64,000 bases of DNA from Octopus vulgaris (lineage: Eukaryota). The stretch lies in assembly GCA_951406725.2 (NCBI GenBank), contig OX597821.1:101556001-101620000 (forward strand), read 5' to 3'. The translations under genes were made by a program, and so were the position numbers. Every line of letters starts with the position of its first letter. The stretch's first letter is position 1. This document shows, piece after piece, positions 13,493 through 27,257 of the stretch. Below the pieces are notes generated by a model, which was not told where the DNA came from, searched no databases, and saw only the letters and a program-made list of their open reading frames with translations.

Positions 13493-16400
13493 ACAGGCTT
13501 CTTTCAGTTTCGGTCTACCAAATCCACTCACAAGGCATTGGTCGGCTCGGGGCTATAGCAGAAGACACTTGCCCAAGATGCCACGCAGTGGGACTGAACC
13601 CGGAACGATGTGGTTGGTTAGCAAGCTACTTACCGCACAGCCACTCCTGCGCCTAAAAACTTAATGTTGACTTCTGAATGTTCTTTCATTTTAGATGGTT
13701 AAAAAAGTCAAGAGGTTCTACCCACCACCTTCCATCTCTTTACTCCTCAGTAACTTCTTTCAGCAAGTTAAATTGAGAATTTTTCTGTCTGATGAATTGA
13801 CATTTCTTGACATTTTGCTGAGGAATCAATAAAAACTGTTAGCTGTAAAATCCATGATATACAGAGGAATAGTTGAGACAAACCTATTACCGTTGGAGTA
13901 AAACTTTCATGCTATCTTGACTTTGTTTTATATTGATAGACTTAAAATCCAAGATGTCTCCTCTGGAAGCACATCTGCTTATTTCAGTGTACCAAATCCA
14001 TATGCTGGAAAATATTTTCTGCTGACTAATAATATCAAAACTGGATATTGGAAACTTTTTTGTTATTTATTCACCATTACACATGTTTCACTTGCTAATA
14101 GGAGTTACAAACCCGTACATGTAGAAAACATTTAAGATATCTCCTATTAGCAAATGAAACATGTGTAATGGTGAATAAAGAATACCAAAAATTTTCCAAT
14201 CTCCTATTTTGACATTATTTTATGAGGGAACCTGTGGAAGGGGTAGACTCAGGTAGATATGGGATGAGGTGGTGAAATGTGATCTTAGGTCGTTGAGCCT
14301 TACGGAGGTAATGACAAGTGACCGAGACTTCTGGCAATTTACCGTGCTTCAGAAGACATGTCGAGTTAAGTGAATTCGTAGTCAATATCAGTGCCTGTAA
14401 AAGGCGCAGGAGTGGCTGTGTGGTAAGTAGCTTGCTTACCAACCACATGGTTCCAGGTTCAGTCCCAGTGTGTGGCACCTTGGACAAGTGTCTTCTGCTA
14501 TATATAGCCTCAGGCCGACCAAAGCCTTGTGAGTGGATTTGGTAGATGGAAACTGAAAGAAGCCCGTCGTATATATGTATATGTATGTTTGTGTGTCTGT
14601 GTTTGCCCCCCACCCCAAAGAATAAGTCCTGGGGTCGATTTGCTCAACTAAAGGTGGTGCTCCAGCATGGCCACAGTCAAATGACTGAAACAAGTAAATG
14701 AGTATGGGTTGGATGGTTCAAGTTATTTCAGTTTGGTGCTTAATTTATTGATGTCTGTTTGTTGAATTGCTAAGTTAAAGGATATAAAGAGACACAACAT
14801 CAACACACACACACACAGATATAAGGTATGGTTGTGTGATTAAGAAGCTCACTTAGCAGCCATGTGGTTTTGGGTTCAGTGCCGTGGGTAAGTGCCTTCT
14901 ACTATAAATCGAGGCTACCCAATGCCATGTGAGTGAATTTGGTAGGTAGAAACTGTGAGGAAACTTGTGTGTGTTTGACAAGCTGTGTTGGTTCCTGTAA
15001 TTTAGCAATTTGGCAAAAGTAACCAGAGTTAAAATATAAGTACTGGGGTCAATTTGTTCAGCTAAACCCTTCAAAGTGGTGCCCCAGCATGGCCTCAATC
15101 AAATGAAACAAGTATAAAAGACAAAAAAAAAACCAGTCAAAAGGGGAGTATCTTCCCCAAGTATTATTTTATGGGTTTGTCAGTGAAAAAGGGCAGTGCC
15201 TATGACCCATTTTGCAGAGCCTTCAAGACTGGTGAATGAACAAGAATGATCTATCAACTCTCAGAATGGAGATATGATCCGAATGCTTGCAAGAGTTGAG
15301 TTCACTACTCCAGTAAAGGCATCCACCTATGACCACCTGTCAGGATTAACAAACTGACAATTGTTGTGAGGCTTAAAGGTCGGGCACTCCTAATCCACTT
15401 ATCTCTCTCTACTTCTTGGAAACTTGTAATATTCAACACTACCCACCAAACCATGCACTAACCACGATTCCATTCCTTCTTCCCCCAAACATCAACACTC
15501 TGGAATCTTCTTCCTGCTAATGGCTTTCCTACGGGTGGTGATAGGCAATAGTTTAAACAAAACATTAATGCCATCAAACTAAGATCACTGGTTTCAGGAG
15601 TCCTGCAAAAATCATGGACACTAGCTATTGCTTCAGACTCAGCATATAAAATAGTAAATAAAATAAAAAATTAGTAACTTACAAACTGCAACTTCAAATT
15701 TGGATGGTTCAGTTCCTGGACGTATTTCAAAGCTAAAATAAAAAACATTGGTATAAGAAATACACTTCAAAATGAACAACTCTTTTATTTTATTTATGAA
15801 GGTACATGCATGGGTTTTCTGGTTCAGTTCCATCGTGCAGCACCTTGAACAAGTGTCTTCTACTTTAGCCTCAGGCTGACCAAAGCTTTTGAGAGGAATT
15901 GGTAGGTGGCTACTGAAAAGAGCTTATTGTGTGTTTCTTTGATGTGGTTGAACAACCAATCCCAACCACTCAGGATTCACAGTATGTGTTGCACTATACA
16001 TTCTTTCAATTGCTGAATACAAAACGTGACTCGCAAGGCCTCCATTCAGGTGATTTTCCAGAGTCACCATCTCACCCTTTTACATCAATCTGTCACAAGG
16101 TTATCCAGTTACAGTTGAGTGGACTAGAGCAACATGAATTGAAGCATTTTGCTCAAGAACACAACACACAGCTGACCCTTGAATCAAAACCATGATCTTA
16201 TGATTGTGAGCATAACACCCTAATTAGTAGGCCATGCACCTTAACGTATTATTGGAGGATTGTTGACTCTCTTGAGTTCCTGTCCTTTGACGAGTTTTGT
16301 TTTCTATCCTGCAGTATGTCCAATAAATTACCCTCCTCGCCAAGCAAGTTTGGTAGGGTTAGTGGTTTAATTGCCAAGGACTTGACCATGTGACAGCTTG

Positions 16401-19400
16401 TACTGGGTTACACATCACCAGTAGTCCTTGAGAGGGACCTGTCTTGACATCATGTGATGGTTGTAAACAAGCATGGTTTGTTTCCAACCTTCTGTGAAAA
16501 ACATGCCTAGCTAAGGAGACATATTACCTTCATGGGAAACAAGTGAGAGTTGGCAACAAGAAGGGCCTCCAGCTATGGAACTACACCTTAATGAATTCCA
16601 TATGAATCGAGCAGGCATGTAAGGGTGGACATTACAATGATGATGACGGTAAAGAAAGTAATATAATTCCTTTTAAAAAAAATGGTAACAATAAATTAAG
16701 AGTTAATATTCATCATCATCTTAGCTGTTGTTTTGATCAAACCAAGATGTCTCAATCCACAAACACTGCTTCTACATCTAATACAGTCTTCAAGCTGATG
16801 TCTTTGTTTGAGGCTATTGATGAAGTTGGTGGCTCAACTCCTGCATCATCCAGCCACATATTGACAGCCATAGCACTACACTGGACTTTATTTTTTAAAG
16901 ATGTCTCTGAACAAAGAGTATGGCTCTTCCAAATGATGTTAAGAACCATCCATAATATGTAGATGTGCATTCCCTTTAGCCGTTTTTTAGCCTGGCCTCT
17001 GTGTGAGTGTTCAGGTCTTACAGCAAGAGAGCTACAAATGTTGTTACTAAATGTCTGACCTAAATACACACAAGCAACAACAAAAACTATACAATTTGCA
17101 GGGAAATAAGAAACAATTCACCTATCCTTCTTGTCATTTTGTCATCCAGCTGTACTCAATCCAAAACTCGTGCCCAGCTCACGCACCTATTCATCGTAGC
17201 TGCTAGTACCCATCTCTATCAGCTCGCGTCCGTTCACCATGAGCATCCAAGACAAAAAAAATTACCCCTGGTCTTCCTTCTCTCACCCTTCCTCTTCTGG
17301 TCAAGCTCTTTGACTGTTGACATTATAGCCTTTTCTTTCCAGCTCATCTCATCCCCACACGCCCCCCCCCCCCCTGATCTCAAGGATCACCTCTTCATTT
17401 TACTCCACATCAAAATCTGCCATCTACCTGGGTCAACGACTCACACACTGTGATCTCCATAGGGAGATATTCTCTTCCTCTCCTCCACCTTCGTCATCCA
17501 ATGCAGTAACAATCCTGCGAACATCCAAAACATTATGTGGTATTCCATCCACAGAAATGTTATTTTTGGAGTTAACAGCTGTCACTGTTCCTCTGTTCCA
17601 CTGAGATGTGCAGCGTGCCTTTGAGGGCTTGACCCAGACTTCCTCTCCCACCTTCATGAAGACTGTCTTTCTCTCTTCCGTAGGGCATTCTGATGGTTTA
17701 CTCAGATGCATCATCATCATCGTTTAACATCCGTTCTCCATGCTGGCATGGGTTGGATGGTTCGACCGGGGATCTGGGAAGCCAGAAGACTGCACCAGGC
17801 TCCAGTCTGATCTGGCTGTGTTTCTACAGCTGGATGCCTTTCCTAACGCCAACCACTCTGTGAGTGTAGTGGGTGCTTTTTGTGTGCCAGGCGAGGCTGG
17901 CAATGGCCACGATCGGATTTGTGCTTTTTATGTACCACCGGCACAGAAGCCAGTCAAGGTGGCGCTTTTTATGTGCCACTGGCACAGGGATCACAACTGC
18001 AGTTTCCATTGATTTTTGATGTTGGTGTACTTGACTCAATGGATCTCCACCATTCATATCTTAACATCACTCTGTGTGGCAAGGACTCTTCAGTCTGTCC
18101 CAATTGGCACTTCCTCTCACACCCTTCCTGTTCTGGTCAAACCCCTTGACCGTTGACATAAACAGCCCTTTCCTTCCGGCTCAGCTCATCCCCACAGCTG
18201 TCACTCACAAGTATGCATTTTCTAATTGTTTTATGAGTCCATAGTCCATATAGTCACAAGTTGACACAGACATTCTCACCGTCCTCCTCTCAATGGCAAG
18301 TAGAATATCAAAGATGTGATAGCTACAGGGTAACAGAGCTGCATCACGATTTGGCTGGTATTTATTTTCAGCTGAGCAGTCTGGAGCAATGTGAAATGAA
18401 ATGTGTTACTCAAAAACACAATGTGCTGCTCAGTCAAGAGATTAAACTCACAACCTTATGATTCCAAGCCTAACATCTATCCACTAGGCCATGCAATATG
18501 ATATGCAATTGATCAAATAAAAGATTGAAAGAAAAGACTTTACCTTTATGGGGATTATCAAGGAAATATTTAGGAACACTTAAGCGAGAATTTATTGGTT
18601 CAATCAATCCCATAATATTTTCCTGTGAAAACAAAAATAATAATAATAACAATCAGATCAATTATTTCTTTATCATAAACAAAAAGACTAATGTAAGATA
18701 TTTAAAACACAAATCATATGAGTGTTAGCTTAGTCAATGCTGTGAGCATTAAAGAAAAATTAGTTAAAAATAATTATGTGATGACAAAAAGTTAAAACAA
18801 GTCAATGAGTAATATTTTAAAAATTATTCTGGCAAGTAGAAGAGACAATTCAAGACAGGTTTCTGCATTATCAGACCTCTTCAGGTCCAGATCAACTTCC
18901 AATTGTTCTTTCAGTTCACGACCCGCATTCAGTTGTGACTGCTTTTGATCTTCCATGAGCAAATGAGGCACAAATATGGCTGCAACACTTTTCATTCGCA
19001 ATTCCTTGCTCAAAATTCGTTGGTAGGAGCTCCAGGACACACCAATTATATCAACAAGTTCATCAACTGTTCAGTGACGGTCCTCCAAGACCAGTTCATG
19101 AATTTTCATGATATTATTTGCTTGGGAGATTGACAGTCGCCCTGAATGAGGTTGGTCTCCAAGCGACAATTTCCTAAAGCATGAAAACCACTTGTAAAAT
19201 TGGGTTTTGCTCATGGCAGCATCCTTGCAAGCTGTTTGAAGCATGACAACTGTTTTGGCTGTTGTTTTCCCCAGCAAAAAAAAACAGAATTCCAAGGAAA
19301 CACACTGTTCCTTTGTTTCAAAAACTGACAAACAGGGAAGATGCACTACATGGCAGTACGACTCCACTCAACGACACTGGTTGGCAGACTGATGCCTGAG

Positions 19401-22077
19401 GATAGCATAAAGTGACTTCTAGCAGTGGAAGCCCAAACTACAATAGGCTTGTCCCACAGAGAACGTTTCCAGTTACTTTTGGGTACCCCCTTGTATATAT
19501 TACCAGTATCATTTTTTATGTCCACTGTTATGGGTTAGACATTTTGACAGGTCAGATTATCATACCATGCTTTAGTCTCAGTTTCAACATGGTTTTTATG
19601 GCTGGTTGCTCTTCGTAACACCAACAACTCTACAGAGTGTACTGGGTGCTAGAGCACTTCCTTTAGTCAATCAAATCAACCCGAGCTTATTCTTTGTAAG
19701 CCTAGTACTTATTCTATCGGTCTCTTTGCTGAACCACTAAGTTACGGGGATGTAAACACACCAGCATCGGTTGTCAAGCGATGTTGGGAGGACAAACACA
19801 GACACACAAACATATACACTCTCATACATATATATATACATATACAACGGGCTTCTTTCAGTTTCCATCTACCAAATCCACTCACAAGGCTTTGGTTGGC
19901 CCGAGGCTATAGTAGAAGACACTTGCCCAAGGGGCCATGCAGTGGGACTGAACCCGGGACCATGTGGTTGGTAAGCAAGCTACTTACCACACAGCCACTC
20001 CTGCGCCTATGTGAAAACCACTAGAATAAAAATCCATCACTTGAAAGGCAGATAACAAATGGTGATAGAAAGTGAATAGGTCATGAAATACTGCCTCAGT
20101 AAGTTTTCTTCCAACTCATGCCAGCATGAAAATGTGGACATAAAAATGACAATGGTGATGAAAATTGAAACCCTTAACCCTTTCGATATCAACCCGGCTG
20201 AAACCGTCTGTGGATCTGTTGTACAAATGTCTTGTTTTCATAAGTTTTGAATTAAAATCTTCCACCAAACCTTAGTCACAATTTATGTTCCTAACACTAA
20301 CTTAATGATAACTAAGTTATTTTACTAAATTCTTTGTTATATCTAAATTAATTGAAAGAAACACAGAGCATCTCAACAGAAATATGGTAACAAAAGGGTT
20401 AAAGAAAGACTACAACAATAAAACAAATATCTTTAGAAGTGAGGAAAACAAACTGTATATTTACCTTCATCAATCGGTCTGCAGCATATTGTAGGTTATC
20501 CGTGAAAGTTTCTTCCACGGAACTATCAGAATATTTAGGTAGTTTAGCAGCCATAATATGAACTCTGTGTTAGATATAAATTATGAATTACGTTAGTACA
20601 ATTTATTACTCTTAAATACCAATCATCATTTAACAGTCAGTTATTTTCTGTACTAAGTAGATCACAAATGCTGTCTTGCATTCTTGAGAAAGCAACTTGG
20701 TACCGTTGTTGCTGTTTAGACTCAGGTCAGCTCCAATCAGGCTATTTTTTGTATACTTAGAACTAAATTATCTAAAATATCCTTTTTGAAATACAGTAGA
20801 ATATATTTTGAGGGAGATTTAGTTAGAGATCACGCAGAAATTCTCACATTGGGGGAAAAGCAGGTGCACACAAACACACACACGACAAGCTTCTTTCAGT
20901 TTCCATCTATTTCTATTAAGTCCATTCACAAGGGTTTGATCAGCTCAGGGCCATAAAAAGACAGCTTGCCCAAGGTACTGCACAGTGGGACTGAACTAAA
21001 GACTTCATGTTTGAGAAGTAAGCTTATTAACCACACAGCCACACTTGCATATACATACATTTCATTAATTACACAAAACAGTATTTGTTTCTTCCATTAA
21101 ACAGATGACTCAATAGAATGGACACAAATTTAGGCCCTAAACATGAAGTATTTGATCAAGAGCAAACTGTTAATTGCTAGTTTTAATCAAGTGTTATTTT
21201 GCAGTGTGTATTGAGGGCATACTACTTAAAATAGTATTTACTTAGAATTATTATTATTATTATTATTATTACTATTGGGTTAGAAATCAATATTTCAAAT
21301 GTTAGACATCATGATACAGAAATTATTATTATTATTAGTATTATTGGTAAATGTCATGTAACTGGATTCTATTCAGTGTACAACAAAATAAGGAGCTAAA
21401 CCCTTGAGCTAATGTGGCGAAAGCTTTTACATTAAAACTAATCTATCAAATGTTAAGCATAATGATATTTTGAAACAGATAATGCAAATATATTGAAAAT
21501 AACGTTAACTTTTAGCTTTAAGGGAACTTCAAATATTCTTTGTTTGATATGATGATGTTAATGACAGTGTCAATATATAATATGAACTAGGGTTGGGTTA
21601 CAACAATAGTTCACAACTGGGGGGGGGGGTCTATATAAGATTTTGTTATTAAAGTTTATGTGCAATTAATTGATTATACTGCTACAATACACAAAATATT
21701 CTAACATTTTTTTTATAGGTGCAGATGTGGCTGTGGTGTACCTTGAGCAAGTGTCTTCTACTATAGCCACAGGCCAACCAAAACCTTATGAGTGGATTTT
21801 GGTTGACAGAACCTGAAAGAAGCAAGGCGGCGAGCTGGCAGAATCGTTAGCAAGCCAGGCGAAATGCTTAGCAGTATTTTGTCTGCTGTTACATTCTGAG
21901 TTCAAATTCTGCCAAGGTCGACTTTGCCTTTCATCCTTTCGGGGTTGATAAATTAAGTACCAGTTGCGCACTGGGGTCGATGTAATTGACTTAATCCCTT
22001 TGTCTGTCCTTGTTTGTCCCCTCTGTGTTTAGCCCCTTGAGAGCAATAAAGAAATAAGAAACTGAAAGAAGCCCATC

Positions 22078-22128
<51 letters not shown>

Positions 22129-25100
22129 GTGTCTATTTGTGTGTGTGTGTTTACCTCTCTGTAACTTAGCGGTTCAGTAAAAAGAGGCCGATAGAATAAG
22201 TACCAGACTTATGATAAATACTGGGGTGGATTTGTTTGACTAAAATTCTTCAGTGTGGTGCCCCAGCATGGCTATAGTCTAATGATTGAAACAAGAAAAA
22301 GATAAAATAATTCTTTACAATGTTTAAGTATAAAAGTATAATGGGACTTTTCTAAACATCGAATGGCTATGAAGGGTCCACCCAAGTAAAACAAGAATGA
22401 AAGGGGTCTATGGGTAAGAAATGGTTGAGAACCACTGGATTACACTGATCCAAGAATGAGAATTCAAGGATTACTTGTGAAAATTATTAAGAGTTATACA
22501 TAGGCATAGGAGTGGCTGTGTGCTAAGTAGCTTGCTTACTAACCACATGGTTCCGGGTTCAGTCCCACTGTGTGGCACCTTGGGCAAATGTCTACTATAG
22601 CCTCGGGCTGACCAAAGCCTTGTGAGTGTGATGGATTTGGCAGATGGAAACTGAAAGAAGCCCGTCATATATATGTATATACATACATACATATATATAT
22701 ACACATACATATATATATATATACCTCCTCTAAATGGTCATACTAATCTTGTTGCCTTCACTAAAGAAAAGAAGCAAAGAAACAAGAAAACATTATTACA
22801 CTTCATCTCTTGTTTTAAAAATGATCTGTATGCAACCAGAGCCACTTCGACCTGCTTTAGGGTCTTGGATTCTCAGTTTTCTTTTGAAACCTAATGTCAA
22901 GATGAGATTAAGCACAAAGTAATTTTTACAGCTACATCATCATCATTGTTTAACATCTGTCTTCCATGCCAGCATGGGTTGGATGGTTTGACAGGCGCTG
23001 GCCAGGCAGAAGGCTGCACCAAACTTCTGTGTCTATTTTGGTACAGTTTTTATGGCTGGATGCTTTTCTTAACATTAACCACTCAGCAAAGTGGACTGAG
23101 TGCTTTTTACATGGCACCAACACAGGCGAGGTCAGTTTTGGCATGATTTTTACAGCTGGATGCCCTTTCAAATGCCAACCATTTTACAGTGTGGACTGGA
23201 TGGTTTTTAGATGCCCCCAGCACTGGCAGGGGCACCAAGTAACTTGCAAGACAAAGAACTTTTGAGAGGGGAAGGGGCATCGGAGGAGGGGATCTTGTGT
23301 CAGAAGATGCAAGATTAGAGTGTGAGAGAGAGGCAGAAACAGGTGTCTTGCTGCAGAGGAGGTACAAGAACCTTTGAGAGGGGAGGGGTTATTGGAGAGG
23401 GTAATCTTGTGTCAGATGATGAAAGGTTAGAGTGTGACAAATCTACATCTCACTTTCTTTTTTCTATCTAAAACCAAAATAACCCAGCAAAATCTCTGTA
23501 CAGCAGAAACACGTCAGTTGTTTATATAAGACTGACACATATGCTGTATAATTAACTGTAAAAATGAAAATTGAAATAAAAAATGTACCAGTGTCTATAG
23601 TCATTGTAACTGTTCTGGATTTATACTCCTGAAAAATATTCATAATCCAATGAAGCAAACCCAGGATTTTTTCATTGGGTGAACTTTGGTGGGATTGCTC
23701 ACCTTAAGTAATCCTAGGTGCTCCTTACTATTCAATATGGTTAGCTTAAATCCAGACTATATCTGAGTGTTCGCACGGTACCCACCTGGATAATTTATCC
23801 CTATATACTCATTGTCTGTGCATGTGTGTATACACACACACACAATAACACAGATGAGTTGAGGTTCACTACAGCTGTGTTGTTTATTGATGAACAAAAG
23901 CATTACATCATGTAAAAAAAAACGTTTTTTTTTTTAGGTGAATAAAGAGAAAATTTAACACTTAGAATTTCTCACAACATAGAACATAGTGCAAAATGAC
24001 CCTACCAACCAGGTTCTATGGCTGGGAGAGTGAACAGTGGAAACTATTACAAAGTTTATATTTATGGTGATGCATTAATGAACTCGTTCATTAATGCATC
24101 ACCATAAATATAAACTTTGTAATGTTCTGTTCCTTTGAACTCTTTTGAGGGACCAGAATAAGGGAAAGAAGTAATGGGAGAAGTAGAAAGAGGGAAATGG
24201 AGAGAGGAAAGAAGGTGGAGGGGAAGAGAATATAGTATGCCCTCATTAAAAGGTAATAAGATAAACTAGGGGCTGTAAATAAAATTAAAATTGTGTGTAA
24301 TAAAGATAATTTGAGATAAGTTTGAGGCAGCCAACAGGAGTAATGAAAGAAATGACAAGGAGGAAACAAGCACACACATAAACATGTATACACAGTTATA
24401 TACACACACACACATACAATTTAAACAATGACAATCATCATTTAATGTCCATTTTCCATGCAGCATGGGTTGTACAGTTTGACGGGATCTGGTGAAGGGC
24501 AAGGCTGTGTTAACTTTCGCATGGTTTCTGCAGTTGGATACCCTTCCTAATGCCAACCACTTTATAGAGTGAACTGGGACCATTTTCTGTGCCACTGGCA
24601 CTAGTGAGGTTATTATGTAGACTTTCAAGACAGGAAAGAACAGAGAAAAAGGAAAAGTTACCACGACTAAGAAGGGGAGTATTTGAGAAGGGAAAAAAAA
24701 TGGAGGTGGGTGGTTTTATACCAGGCATTGAAAGGCTATTGTATATACATAAAAACTGGTTTTAGTTATTAGACTGTGGCCATGCTGGGGCACTGCTTTG
24801 AAGAGTTTTTAGTCAAATGAATCAACCCCAGTACTTTTAAGCCTGGCACTTGTTCTATTGGTCTGTTTTGCAGAACCACTAAGTCACAGGGACATAAACA
24901 AACCAACACTGGCTGTCAAATTGTGATGGTGGGAGGGACAAACACAGACACAGATACATACATATGTGATGGGCTTCTTTCAGTTTCCATCTACCAAATC
25001 CACTCACAAGGTTTTGGTTGGCTTGAGGCTACAGTAGAAATCACGCAGTGGGATTGAACTCTTAACCATATGGTTGGGAAGCAAACTTCTTACCACACTG

Positions 25101-27220
25101 CTACACCAAGGTGAAAACTAAACCACTAACAATTTCTAATTCAAAAAAAGATATTGGTTTTATTAAAAGGAAAAGGAAAAAACAACTTGCATTCACCACT
25201 AAAAAGATAAAAAACTATAATGTAATCAGTACCGTTTGCAGTCAAGTGCCTTGGCATATTCAATGGTAAGTTCCAGCTTATCACGGAATGTCTTTCGTTC
25301 ATTTGTCAATGCTGCTATACCAAGTTGTCCACTGGCCAAATCACCTGTTCAAGAACATCCGATACTAAGATATTCATTCTAATGAAAATAATAGGTTAAA
25401 TTAACACGTTAACTGATGGTTCATCACAAACCTCACACGATCGCCACATGTACCATGGGTGATGCATTCTCATAATTTTAGAAAATATTTTGTTTTGTAT
25501 CTTTGACATGGTTTCGTGGACTTTAAAATAAAATGAATGCTAAATATTAAAGTTTAATTATGAAATATTGTAAAAATGCAAAAAAAAATATATAAATAAA
25601 TAAAACAAAACACTTCCTCATAATTAAACAGCATGCAGTCATCATCATCATCATCACCATCGTTTAACGTCCGCTTTCCATGGTAGCATGGTTGGACGAT
25701 TTGACTGAGGACTGGCAAACCAGATGGCTGCACCAGGCTCCAATCCTGATCTGGTGGAGTTTCTACAGCTGGATGCCCTTCCTAACGCCAACCACTCCGA
25801 GAGTGTAGTGGGTGCTTTTACGTGCCATCGGCACGAGGGCCAGTCAGGCAGTACTGGCAATGGCCATGCTCAAATGGTGTTTTTTATGTGCCACCTGCAC
25901 AAGAGCCAGTCCAGCGGCACTGGCAACGACCCCGCTCGAATGTTTTTTCACGTGCCAGTAAGGCGACGCTGGTAATGATCATGCTTTTACATGCCACCGG
26001 CATGGAAGCCAGTCAGCTGCTCTGGCAACGATCACACTCGGATGGTGCTCTTAGCGCTCCACTAGCACGGGTGCCAGTCATTGAATTTGCAACCAAAAAT
26101 ACATGGTGTTTATTAATAAGTTCTAGTAACAAGCCGTGGCAGTTAAAGTGTTAATATAAACAAACAGCAGTGTTTTTTTGCACTGGAGAAAAAGGTTAAG
26201 AAAGAGATGGATACAAATTGCAAGACTGAGTAAATGGTTAAAAATTGTTGGAAACATGGTCAGTAGTGAGTTCCAAGGAAATATTAGCACAGTGGGACAT
26301 TGGACATATTTTATAGTGTTGTCATCACCATCTTTGTTTTAATATCCGCTTTTCCATGTCTACATGGGTCGAACGGAATTTATTGTGGCAGATTTTCTAT
26401 AGTTGGTAACCATTCCTCCTTGCTAACCTTCACCTGTTTCCAAGCAAGGTAATATTTCCCCATGGCCAGACTTCCTTTTTAGCAGATTATTGGAAATGAA
26501 TGACACAGCTTGTATGGCAGTGACAATCAATTACAGCTACTATGCAATGCATGACAATTAGGTACTAACTCTCTCTCTCACCACACACAAATATGGTCAA
26601 AATCTGTACAAAAAGCAAAAATCAGGGACAGGTGAGGGAAAAACAAACAAAGTGTATTAGTCTGACACTCAGGAAAAATGGAAGAGTCTTTGATGTTCCA
26701 AGCCTGTGCTCTTCTACAAAAAGAAGTTAGGAGAGAAAACAGATGAAGGGAGGGAAAAAATGTAGTACATGTTGAATTATATATATACGTTTCATCATTG
26801 TCTGTCCTTAGTAGGTCAACATTGACTGTTCTTGTTCAGTAATCATCTCTGTCAGGCTTGCTTGTGGGCTACAAGGTCTGCTCTTGATCTGCAGCACTGG
26901 CAACATCTGCTACAAGTGAGGTCATGTGATGCAATGGAGAAGTGACACCCCCTCTCCCTGCCAGTGTTCTTTTGTATTCTCTCTGCTGTTTCTCTTCAAT
27001 GGCTGGAATTACGAGCTTCAACGATTGGTGCCATTCATTGTGCCACAAGGCCTTCTCCTCCTAGGTATCTGGGGAGATACCGGAGTTCTTCATAGGTCTC
27101 TTCAGCACATCACTGTATCACAACCTCTGACCACCCTGATTCCTCCTGCCCTGATGCAGTTCAACATAGAAAACTGCCTTTGGGAGCCTGCTGCCCTCCA
27201 TCCTGCAAACATGCCCTGCC

Positions 27221-27257
<37 letters not shown>

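Noticed and set aside
25810-26090. CRISPR-like look (palindromic direct repeats with spacers)
   Set aside because: Eukaryotic intron, linkers are homologous to each other, no cas genes; it is an internal minisatellite of a dispersed retro-repeat.
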